A model generated the notes under the pieces. The model had not been told where the DNA came from, searched no databases, and saw nothing but the letters and a program-made list of their open reading frames with translations. The position numbers and the translations under genes were made by a program. From the human T2T-CHM13v2.0 reference genome, Homo sapiens, in assembly GCF_009914755.1 (NCBI RefSeq), contig NC_060934.1: a DNA stretch of 64,000 nucleotides. The stretch is one strand, 5' to 3'. This document shows positions 1 through 11,492 of the stretch, in pieces. Position 1 is the first letter of the stretch. Each line of letters starts with the position of its first letter.

Positions 1-880
1 AGTAAACAAAGAGTTATGAAAAAGAAAAAAAAAGACGTTTTAATTTCTATCACTGAGTGTGCACATGTTTTTAAAAAGTTTTTATTACTATAAACCAACC
101 AACAAAATGTTTGACCACTTAATATTTATCCTTTTCTGATAAATAACAATAGCTAATATTGCTGGGTGCTTATGTGCCTGGCACTCTCTAAGAGTTTATA
201 TAGACATAGAAACCTATCTTATGTTTATGTATAAATGTTCATATATACATATCTTATTTAATACCCTCATCAGACAGATGAGGCAGATGCCATTACCACT
301 CTCATTTTTCTGATGAGGAAACTGAGGCAGAGAGGTTAAGTAACTGGCTCCAGATCATGGAGCTGATAGAGGCAGAGCCAAGATGCAAACCCAGGCTTCT
401 TGTTGCAGAAACCCTGCTCCTAACCCAACGTTGTGCTACTTGTGAATTGGCAGAGTCCTGTGCTCATGGAAGACGCTAGGGAACACACTGTGTTATGGAG
501 TGCTCTCCACGGGTCAGCACTGTGTTCAGCCAGGACTATCCCACGTCCCTGTCTGTAGCTGATTGAACAATGATAGCTGTCACTTTGTTGCTTTCTTGGC
601 ATTTTTGCTAGAGGTGACACATGCTCCCTCTGAAGCTTGGGTCACCTCCTCGCAGAGGGTTGCTGTCCAGGCCTAACAGGGAAAGCAGGGACTTGAATCA
701 AAGCTTCTAATGTTGGGCCACCTAGAACCAGGCCCAAGAGAGGGGACTTGTTTACAGGGAAAGTTAAGTCTTGTTATAAAGTGCAGAAGATGAAACTGGA
801 TGATACTTACACAGATGATTCCTTGTCACAAAATACCTGAAGACCTGGTACAATGGAGATGTCCCCTCTCTCCTCTCTAG

Positions 881-1034
881 GACCCTCTTCAAATTGTGGT
901 GGCTTCTTATTCTATGCCAGTGGGACATTCTCCAGCCCATCCTACCCTGCATACTACCCCAACAATGCTAAGTGTGTTTGGGAAATAGAAGTGAATTCTG
1001 GTTATCGCATAAACCTGGGCTTCAGTAATCTGAA
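881..1034 (+). CDS. DMBT1: DMBT1 exon, CUB1 N-terminal half
   Basis: ctctag| acceptor and aa|gtaagt donor, phase 1/2. Encodes [51 protein letters not shown], a CUB signature. Confidence 0.95.
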
Positions 1035-1328
1035 GTAAGTAATGCCTGGTCATCTGGTGAGGGGTGAGTTCCTCTGCAGCACACCCACTGGTTTAGACTG
1101 TGTCCTGGGCTGGGATGCTTTTCACTCTCATGTGCCATGGACAAGCTTTTGGTGGCTTTGATTCCTACCATAAAGCATCAGGGAACACTGATGTCCTTTG
1201 ACTTAATTGAGGAAGAGCTAGAAGAAAAACCTGTATTCAATGGCATCCCTCGTAAAGTGCAAACTATTTATAAAATGGAGGGGCAATAGGAATTTCAATG
1301 TTGACTTGAATACATTTTCTCCATACAG

Positions 1329-1531
1329 ATTGGAGGCACACCATAACTGCAGTTTTGATTATGTTGAAATCTTTGATGGATCATTGAATAGCAGTCTCCT
1401 GCTGGGGAAAATCTGTAATGATACCAGGCAAATATTTACATCTTCTTACAACCGAATGACCATTCACTTTCGAAGTGACATCAGTTTCCAAAACACTGGC
1501 TTTTTGGCTTGGTATAACTCCTTCCCAAGCG
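1329..1531 (+). CDS. DMBT1: DMBT1 exon, CUB1 C-terminal half
   Basis: tacag| acceptor and g|gtaagt donor. Encodes [17 protein letters not shown]...[35 protein letters not shown], in frame with the previous exon. Confidence 0.95.
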
Positions 1532-1826
1532 GTAAGTGCACACTAGACCATGCCTATGAGGCTTGGTGGATTTACCCAGCTGCCTCTTTGGGGGCACCAT
1601 GGTTCCCCAAGGAAATCAAAGAAGGGCCTCAGCGATGCACGGCCCATTCTCTTTCTCTTGGCACTGACTGTGTGGGCAGGCCCTTGGGAAGGCAGCAAAG
1701 GGTGCAGACTGGGGGTTCCACCTGGCCTTGGGTCTGCCACCAACTCTCCAGGGGACCTGGTGACTCTCCTTCAGAGCCACCCCTCTCCGTCTGGAGGTGA
1801 GGGGATCTGAGCTTGGCGATGTCTAG

Positions 1827-2381
<555 letters not shown>

Positions 2382-2895
2382 TAAGGCCAGTGGCTGATGG
2401 TGTCTGTGGCCCAGGCAGGAGCTGGTCATTGTGTCCTCGTGGCCTGCGCACTCCAGAAGAGCATGCAGGGGGCTGCTTTATCTTTGGCCAGTTTCTGGAC
2501 CCAGGGCCATTATGCTGAACACTCATCTGACTAAAGGACCTCCAGCAATGATTTTACTTCTTTATGCTTCAGTTTCCTTGACTGTTGAGTCGGGGTGGCT
2601 ATGATAGTACTTGCTACTGGTGACAATTGGGATGGTTTTAGAACAATCATGGTCAAGGAGAGAGTGATGGGTGTTATGACCTCAGCTGTAATCCTGATGA
2701 CCACAAGTATGACGGGACTTAGGGAGCATCTGGGGAAGCTGGGAAGGCTTCTCAATAGCAATTGCTGGGTGGACCTGGGGACCCTCGCCGAGGGGGGTCA
2801 GGTTATGGGCCATGTAAGTGTATCTCTGTCTCATTCCGGCCCCTCCTCCAAGCCACATGTCTGTGACCTATGCTTTTTTTCTATTCCTTTTTCAG

Positions 2896-2916
2896 GAAAC
2901 CATCTATCGACACCTG
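2896..2916 (+). CDS. DMBT1: DMBT1 21-bp linker mini-exon (GNHLSTP)
   Basis: Long polypyrimidine tract, ttcag|GAAAC...CCTG|gtaagt; phase 1/1 preserves frame. Confidence 0.88.
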
Positions 2917-3901
2917 GTAAGTCCCTCCGATTTCCATTCCACTTCCCTGGTCTCCAGGTCTCTCCATTACTGCTGCCTAGACTGTGCAGGGCATGTTGCT
3001 CACTCTCCAAGGAGTTCATCTGTGGTACCATCCTCTACAGCCCCTGTCCCCTCCCCTGCCGGCCACCAGGATAGTGTGCCCCTCTCTGTGCTTCAGTGGC
3101 CTGACCCACCTAAGATTAGGATCTCCAGTCAGTCCCGAGGTGAGGCCCGCCACCTGTCAGATTTGACTGTCCTCACAGACACCAGACCCTGACCAGTGTT
3201 GGCCAAATGGGGCCCACTGCATCGCAGAGCTCCTCCCTGCCTGCCCCTGAGCTGCTCTGAGTGTTCCCAGCATGGCCCTGGCACCTCTCCAACACCCCCC
3301 ACTGCCCCGCCCCCTGCTTGCTTTGTCATCCCCTCCTGGCCTCCCATAGCAGCAGCTTCAGGCCTGTGCCCTCCCATCCATTCTCCACTGTGCAGCCCCT
3401 TCAAGAGATTCCTCAGGGTCTTCTGGTGATGACCCCGCTCCTCAGCACAGCATGACTGCCAGGGCTCCCCATGATCTGCTCCCTATGCTTGGTGCCCTCT
3501 CCCCATCCTCTGCCTGCTCCATCTACACGGAGGTTCCCAAATCTATTCCACCCAGGTGCAGTTGCACCTGCTGTTCCTCTGCCTGGGACACCCCGTTTCT
3601 ACCTCTTTGCCTGCCCCCTAATTACTGCCCTTTTTTCCCCACTCCATCTGGGGCAGGGGCCAGACTTCCAGGCTCCTCTCCTTCCCCAGGCTTTGGTCAA
3701 TCTCATCCTTTTCCCAGTGTGCTGGGATTCGCTCTCCTCCAGACCTCCCCAAAGGCAAGTGAGCTCCCCAAGGGCAAGGCCTGTGTCCAGCTCCTCCCTG
3801 TGGACTCAGGCTTGGCACAGCATCTGCACAGCTCATGAGCAGTCGACAGCTGTGTCAGGGATGCCAGAAAACTGATCCTGATCTTTTCTTTTTGTCAACA
3901 G

Positions 3902-3931
3902 CTCCTTTTCTCAACATCACCCGTCCAAACA
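3902..3931 (+). CDS. DMBT1: DMBT1 30-bp linker mini-exon (APFLNITRPN)
   Basis: tttgtcaacag|CTCC...AAACA|gtaagt; phase 1/1. Confidence 0.88.
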
Positions 3932-4231
3932 GTAAGTTCTGAGCTCCCTGACAAGTCTGTGGCAGAGTGGCCTGGAAATTCCCCTTCCCATTTCCTCAGT
4001 GACAATGGGGCTGGGGAGGAGATGGCTTCCCCCAAAGTGGTCTCCCTGCAAGAGTGCCCTGCCAGCCCTCAGTGGACGGTCCAGATCTAGGCCACCTCTT
4101 GCTCTTACTTGGTTTCTGTCTTGGGAATTATTTTATAAAATTTTAAAGTAATTTAAATTTAAAGTAGTCCGCAGGTAGACTGTGCAGTGTGCTCTGGGGG
4201 TCACCGACATTCCCACTTTTTGTCCTGACAG

Positions 4232-4382
4232 CAGATTATTCCTGCGGAGGCTTCCTATCCCAACCATCAGGGGACTTTTCCAGCCCATTCTATCCCGGGA
4301 ACTATCCAAACAATGCCAAGTGTGTGTGGGACATTGAGGTGCAAAACAACTACCGTGTGACTGTGATCTTCAGAGATGTCCA
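4232..4382 (+). CDS. DMBT1: DMBT1 exon, CUB2 N-terminal half
   Basis: acag|cag acceptor and ca|gtaagt donor. Encodes [37 protein letters not shown]. Confidence 0.94.
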
Positions 4383-4383
4383 G

Positions 4384-4513
4384 TAAGTGTGCGCCCAGAA
4401 GAATGCCTTGGGGCCCCACAGACCTTTCAAGAGGGAATAAATGGTGCTTAAGTGTGCGCCCAGAAGAATGCCTTGGGGCCCCACAGACCTTTCAAGAGGG
4501 AATAAATGGTGCT
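4384..4513. repeat. Perfect 65-bp tandem duplication
   Basis: taagtgtgcgcccag...aataaatggtgct, twice. Confidence 0.97.
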
Positions 4514-4892
4514 TAGAAAGCCAGGAGAGAAGTTTGCTGAGAGACATTTTTGACCTAGCCCAGAGGCATCCCGTGGAGAGTTGGGGAGGGGGCACGAGAG
4601 CCTTGGAGTGGACAAAAGCTCTGGTTTCAAGTCCTAGGTCTTTCACCAATTTGCTGTGTGACCACAGGAAGTCACTCAACTTTCCTGAGCCTCAGTCAAA
4701 AGAGGGGAATAAAATACCTGCTTTCCTCACCTCACTGTTTACTGGGAAGGTCACGAGAAACAGAGAGGAGAGAGAGGGAGAGAGATGTGAAAATATTTAC
4801 AAAATGTTGTCCAGTGGAAAAGATGGTTGTTAAGTAGTAATGATAGACTTAGGGGCAATAATAGCACTAATAATCCTATTAACAACCACACT

Positions 4893-5200
4893 GGCCAGGT
4901 ATGCTGCCTCAGGGTTGTAATCCCAACACTTTGGGAGGCCGAGGCAGGAGGATCACCTGAATGCAGGAGTTCAAGACCAGCCTGAGCAATATAGGGAGAC
5001 CCCCCATCTCTACAAAAAAGTACAAAAATTAGCTGGGTGTGGTGGCCTGCACCTGTAGTCCCAGCTACTAAGGAGGCTGAGGTGGGAGAATCGCTAGAGC
5101 CCTGGGAGTTGAAGGTTGTGGTGAACTATGATAGCGCCAGTGCACTCCAGCTTGTGGAACAAAACGAGACCCTGTCTCAGGAAAACAAAACAAAACAAAA
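4893..5200 (+). mobile_element. Alu (AluJ-like)
   Basis: Diverged dimeric Alu with an A-rich tail. Confidence 0.9.
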
Positions 5201-5336
5201 AGAACAATTGTATCTGTTTTGTGGAACCCTTTTTCTCCACCCATTCCTTTCTTCATGTGAGTTCCCCAGGGGTCGGGCAGAGATGGAGGAATTGCTGCTC
5301 CAGAGGGTAGGGTATCTGCTCTGCATCCAATCATAA

Positions 5337-5837
<501 letters not shown>

Positions 5838-6589
5838 TGTCAAAAGTACATTAATATATGATTTATCCAAGGAGGCGGGTGGCCCAGCTAACTGTGAAGA
5901 GGCACCAGTGTTTGCTAGTGTCCTGAACAAGGGGCTACACTAATTTCTTCTCTAACAGCCACTGTTGAACAAAATAGTTTTCCCTGTTGATTTCTGTTTG
6001 CAGTGGGCTTTGGAGTCTCTGCTTTAGTGATTCATTTGGGATTTTGCAAAAGATACATCATTTTATTCTCTTTGTCATTACAATACAAAGATTGCACTTA
6101 AAGCTGATGCAGTCCTATGGGAAAAGGTTGACCATGACTGGTTCTTTAACCAGCATCTTGATAGCAATGACCATCACCATTTGTGACATTTTACAAAGCC
6201 CTTTTCTGTATGTTGTTTTATTTGAGCTTCACCATAGCCCTCTTCAGTGTGCATGGATCAGATTACTTTGCCTTTGTAAATAGGAAAAGCTTTAGAGAGA
6301 TTATTTGACTTGCCCAGTATTTATTTATTCAATTATTTATTTCTCTCACTATGAATTCATGCATATTGATTTTATTCTGTGGGGGCACTAGGGACTTTTC
6401 GATGGAAGAAAAATGGTCTAAATCAGGATGCGAGCCCTTCCTTTCCTGATGTAAAGGGCTGACAGGTGAGGGGCTGTAGATTTCATATGTGTGATTGCAA
6501 AGGGCAGGACTAAGACCCAGGCATGGAGGTTGAGGGAAGATGAGACTCTCTTGATTTAAGGATACCTATGACTTTCTTTTGTTTCAATT

Positions 6590-6898
6590 TTTATTTTTCT
6601 TTTTATTTTTTGAGACAGGGCCTCACTCTGTCGCCCAAACTGGAGTGCAGTGGCACGATCTCGGCTCACTGCAACCTCTGCCTCCTTGGTTCAAGTGATT
6701 TTCCTGCCTCAGCCTCCTGAGTAGCCTCCCTCACCCTACAGGCTTGTGCCACCACGCCCGGCTAATTTTTGGATTTTTAGTAGAGACAGGGTTTCACCAC
6801 GTTGGCCAGGCTGGTCTCGAACTTATGACCTCAGATGATCCACCTGCCTTGGTCTCCCAAAGTGCTGGGATTATAAGTGTGAGCTACTGCGCCCAGCC
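6590..6898 (-). mobile_element. Alu (AluS-like)
   Basis: Reverse-complement Alu consensus. Confidence 0.93.
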
Positions 6899-7033
6899 AA
6901 GGAGACCTATGACTTTCATCGATGAACTTTGTCAGAGTTTCTGGCACAGAGGTGTGACCCCACCCTGAGATCTGACCCCCTGCGTCAAATTCTGGGAGGA
7001 AATGAAGCCAAATGGTGTGTCCTCTCTCTGCAG

Positions 7034-7242
7034 GCTTGAAGGTGGCTGCAACTATGATTATATTGAAGTTTTCGATGGCCCCTACCGCAGTTCCCCTCTC
7101 ATTGCTCGAGTTTGTGATGGGGCCAGAGGCTCCTTCACTTCTTCCTCCAACTTCATGTCCATTCGCTTCATCAGTGACCACAGCATCACAAGGAGAGGGT
7201 TCCGGGCTGAGTACTACTCCAGTCCCTCCAATGACAGCACCA
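7034..7242 (+). CDS. DMBT1: DMBT1 exon, CUB2 C-terminal half
   Basis: ctgcag| acceptor and ca|gtaagt donor. Encodes [29 protein letters not shown]...GFRAEYYS. Confidence 0.95.
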
Positions 7243-8170
7243 GTAAGTCCCCTTGTGGAAATGCTCTGTTGGGACTGGGGACATCCTGAGAGCATCTGTG
7301 GCTCAACTGTCCTGTTGTTGTGAAATAAGAAATGAAGGAACCCTTTCAGGTCACCAGGGCTTGATTTTCAGCTGAAAGGGACCAGGAGCAGTGGGACTTG
7401 GGACTCTGGCTGCCCAGAAATAAAGTCAGGGCTAGAACTGGCTGATGGGTGATGATTGGTCTTACTGTGGTCAGCAGAGACTAAGTAGAGGGTCCCAGAT
7501 GATGCTCTTCGTGGAGAGTGATGAGTCAGTGCCAAAGGCAGAGGTGACCTCTTGGCTTGAAACCTTGTGACCTTCTCAGAGTGTGGGACACTGTGGCCAT
7601 GGCCTGAGACCTAACACATTTGGTTTCTATCTGAAGATGGACTGAGCTGGGTGGCTGGAAGTGGCTGAGATAAGGTCACTCAGACACTTCCAGCAGAGCC
7701 TGTATGGCCATGATTTGAGTTGCTGTATGGACTGATATGTAGAATGGCCAAGGGCCAGGCAAGGTGACATCCAGGGTCTCTTATGCAGTCAGGATTAAAG
7801 ACTGACTTGCTTCATGGCTAAAAGACCTTGTTTCATGACATTCCCACAATTTGATCATACAGTTACTTTACTTTATAGATAAATGGTAACTTGGCCAAAC
7901 ATACCACTTATTTAAAAATCCTGCCTCCAATTCTCCATCAGAGAAATCCTGAGTCCACGTGCTCTCCTTGGGCTTTCATAAGGATGGGGCTGACTTGACC
8001 CTCGGGTCCTTGGGGGATTGCAGTGAGGTCTATGCCCACATCCTAAGTGCTGACCCTCCCTGTCAGCCACCCTGGTCTGTGCACTTTTTAAGTGGAAACA
8101 GCCTCTGGCCCCGTAGGACTTGTGGAGTCTGGGGCAGTGACTGAGTGCCTTATCTGTCCTTGTCTATCAG

Positions 8171-8355
8171 ACCTGCTCTGTCTGCCAAATCACATGCAAG
8201 CCAGTGTGAGCAGGAGCTATCTCCAATCCTTGGGCTTTTCTGCCAGTGACCTTGTCATTTCCACCTGGAATGGATACTACGAGTGTCGGCCCCAGATAAC
8301 GCCGAACCTGGTGATATTCACAATTCCCTACTCAGGCTGCGGCACCTTCAAGCAG
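8171..8355 (+). CDS. DMBT1: DMBT1 exon, start of ZP domain (ZP-N)
   Basis: atcag| acceptor and cag|gtaagc donor. Encodes [17 protein letters not shown]...[13 protein letters not shown], the ZP-N Cys pattern. Confidence 0.94.
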
Positions 8356-8922
8356 GTAAGCCTGGGGCTTCCCATTCCATTTCCCAGTGCACAAGCTTTC
8401 TTAGAGCGGTATGTCCTGTGCTTCTTGAATTCTGGGGATGAAGAAATTATGATTTTGGGATAATCAGGACATAATTGGAATAAAGGAAGATAAAAAACCT
8501 TTGGTGCTATGATATGGCTGCAGCTACTTCCAAATAGGAAGAAGGAAGCTGAGCAGAAAGAGTATCTCCAGCTGTGTCCAGCAGAGAGGGCTTCTGGCAG
8601 ACCGCCACTCCCATCAGCAATAACAACAGCAGCTCCTGGAGCAGCTCCAGATTTTGCAGGGCCTGAAGCTTATACAGTTAGGGTTGGGGGTGAGAGGCAG
8701 GTGTTGAGATGGGCAGGGGCCTCATTAAGTCAAAGAATGCAATATCTATGAACTTTTATAAACTTTGCAAAAACGTATGGCTGTGCAAACACATTGCTAG
8801 GCCTTGGAGGAGGCCTGCACATTGCAGTAGGCAGGGAAGAGGGGGCCCAAAAGCTTCAGCTTCATTAGCTCCATAGTCAGCTGGCCTCTGCAGCTACCAT
8901 TTGTTGAGCTATCACCATCTAA

Positions 8923-9040
8923 GATGGCCCCCTGCATCCAATTTTGGGTGAAAGTGAAGCCAATATGGTGTGTCCCTTCTCTACAGGCTTGAAGGTGGCT
9001 GCAACTATGATTATACTGAAGTTTTCAACAGCCCCTACCA
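8923..9040 (+). pseudogene. Truncated intronic duplicate of the CUB2b acceptor and first ~54 nt of that exon
   Basis: Aligns with 6969-7087: cag|gcttgaaggtggctgcaactatgattata(c/t)tgaagttttc. Confidence 0.9.
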
Positions 9041-9044
9041 CCGA

Positions 9045-9145
9045 TTTCTGTGGTTTGCCTGGGACTTTGCAGATTTTAGCATAGAAAGTCCCACGTTCCA
9101 GGAAACCCCTCACTCCCAGGCAAATGAGGACGGTTAGTCACCCTA
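9045..9145. mobile_element. hAT-type MITE (MER81-like)
   Basis: gtttgcctgggacttt...ggacggttagtcacccta resembles the recalled MER81 consensus. A related fragment lies at ~22440-22530. Confidence 0.6.
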
Positions 9146-9469
9146 CAAGTGGCAGATGCTGTGATTGGTCCTTGTCATACTCCCCCAGTGAAGGCCTGGC
9201 CTTAATTGTGTTGGGTTCTGGCTTGCTGTGAGTTTGGTCAGTGGAAGTCAGTCCACTGAAGGTGACCATTGTTCCTATGCCAAGTGAGCAGCCTGGAGAC
9301 TCCCTGAGCGGCCCCGCTGAGGGCCCTTCACACCCATTCACACCCATTCACACTCGTTCACACCCATTCACACCCGTTTGGAGCGGCCAGACAACTCTGT
9401 CAGCCCTGTTTCTTCTAACTTGGCTGATCATGAATAGCACACGCCACATTCTTATTCCTCCACTCATTT

Positions 9470-9786
9470 ATTTATTTTTATTTTATTTTAATTTTTTAAT
9501 GACAGGTTCTCATTCTGTTGCCCAGGCTGGATGCCCAGGCAGGGGTGCATCATAGCTCACAGCAGACTTGAACTCCTGGGCTTAAGCAATCTTCCAGCCT
9601 CAGCCTCCAGAGTAGCTGGGACTATAGGCATGCACCACCACACCCAGCTAATTAACAAATTTTTTTTTGTAGAGGTGGGATCTTGCTATGTGTCCCAGGC
9701 TGATCTCGAACTCCTGAGCTCAAGTGATCCTCCTGCCTTGGCCTCCCAAATGCTGGGATTACGGGCATGAACCACTGCTCCTGGCC
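9470..9786 (-). mobile_element. Alu (AluJ-like)
   Basis: Diverged reverse Alu. Confidence 0.9.
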
Positions 9787-10346
9787 TCCTCTATTTCTTT
9801 AAATAACCATATTGCCTATCACACTGAGTGCCTCAGGGGCAGGGCCAATGTTTTGTTCATCTTTGCAACCCCCAGTGCCCCTGGTCCTGAGCCTAAGAGT
9901 TGATATAGTATTATTAACAGCTCATACAGATATCAGACACTGAACTAAGTGTGCTATATAACTTTTAAAATTCTCAGGACAACTTTATTCCCACTTAATT
10001 ATGAGGCAACGGAGGCTTGCAGAAGGTAAGCCACTTGCCCAGAACCATATGGCCATGAGCTGCGGGTCTAAGACATAGAAGTAGGGCTGTGCCATCCATG
10101 GCTGGAGCTTCCCACAGCTCCACCAGGCTGGCCTGTGATAGTGAATTTTTATCTAAAATTAGAACTGCTTCTTCTGACCAAGAAATAAATCTGCACTCCA
10201 TGTTCATTATTTGGAGTGGATTCAGAATTTACCTCCATCGTAGGCACCACAGGCAAATGTGACATCCATGCAAATGATCATGTTAATGTACAGGGTTCAA
10301 TGGAAAGCACTTGAGAGCATCTTTGAAAGAGTAAGAAGGGTCATAC

Positions 10347-10713
10347 TGTCATGTGCGTCCATGTGAAAAGACCACCAAACAAGCTTTGTGTGAGCAATAA
10401 AGCTTTTTAATTACCTGGGTGCAGGTGGGCTGAGTCCAAAAAGAGAGTCAGCGAAGAGAGATAGGGGTGGGGCCGTTTTATAGGATTTGGGTAGGTAGTG
10501 GAAAATTACAGTCAAAGGGGGTTGTTCTCTGGCGGGCAGGGGCGGGGGTCACAAGGTGCTCAGTGGGGGAGCTTCTGAGCCAGGAGAAGGAATTTCACAA
10601 GGTAACGTCATCAGTTAAGGCAGGAACCAGCCATTTTTACTTGTTTTGTGATTCTTCAGTTACTTCAGGCCATCTGGATGTATATGTGCAGGCTTGGGCT
10701 CAGAGGCCTGACA
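10347..10713 (-). mobile_element. HERV-H LTR7-family solo LTR
   Basis: The reverse strand begins TGTCAGGCCTCTGAGCCCAAGC and ends ...CATGACA, with TATAAAA inside. Confidence 0.88.
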
Positions 10714-11082
10714 AAAGGGTTTATTGCGGTCGTATGGTTTAAGTCATACGGTTTATTGTGACAACTGTTGGCACTGAAATATAAAGCAAAAACAAATTTT
10801 TAAGACAGTTTAAAGTCAGAAAATGTACGCTAAGAGCAGGTGGACAAGGTAGAACCCCTTCCTGTGGGTCTTCCCCAGACCTGGACCCAGAGTGTAAGCT
10901 CTGGCACCCTGTGCTGGCTCATAGCCAAAGGATAGGCACGTGCCATGGCCATCTCTGAGTGGTTCTGGGAGGGGTGGAAGTCTTGTTGAGTCACGTCCCT
11001 CTCATTCACACCCAAATCAGCTATGGGATTCCCTTAGCAGGTGACATGTGCCTGACTCTGCTCTCTTGCCTGCCTCTCCTAG

Positions 11083-11492
11083 GCAGACAATGACACCATC
11101 GACTATTCCAACTTCCTCACAGCAGCTGTCTCAGGTGGCATCATCAAGAGGAGGACAGACCTCCGTATTCACGTCAGCTGCAGAATGCTTCAGAACACCT
11201 GGGTCGACACCATGTACATTGCTAATGACACCATCCACGTTGCTAATAACACCATCCAGGTCGAGGAAGTCCAGTATGGCAATTTTGACGTGAACATTTC
11301 CTTTTATACTTCCTCATCTTTCTTGTATCCTGTGACCAGCCGCCCTTACTACGTGGACCTGAACCAGGACTTGTACGTTCAGGCTGAAATCCTCCATTCT
11401 GATGCTGTACTGACCTTGTTTGTGGACACCTGCGTGGCATCACCATACTCCAATGACTTCACGTCTTTGACTTATGATCTAATCCGGAGTGG
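11083..11492 (+). CDS. DMBT1: DMBT1 exon, ZP domain middle
   Basis: cctag| acceptor and gg|gtaagg donor. Encodes [10 protein letters not shown]...[10 protein letters not shown]...YDLIRSG. Confidence 0.94.
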
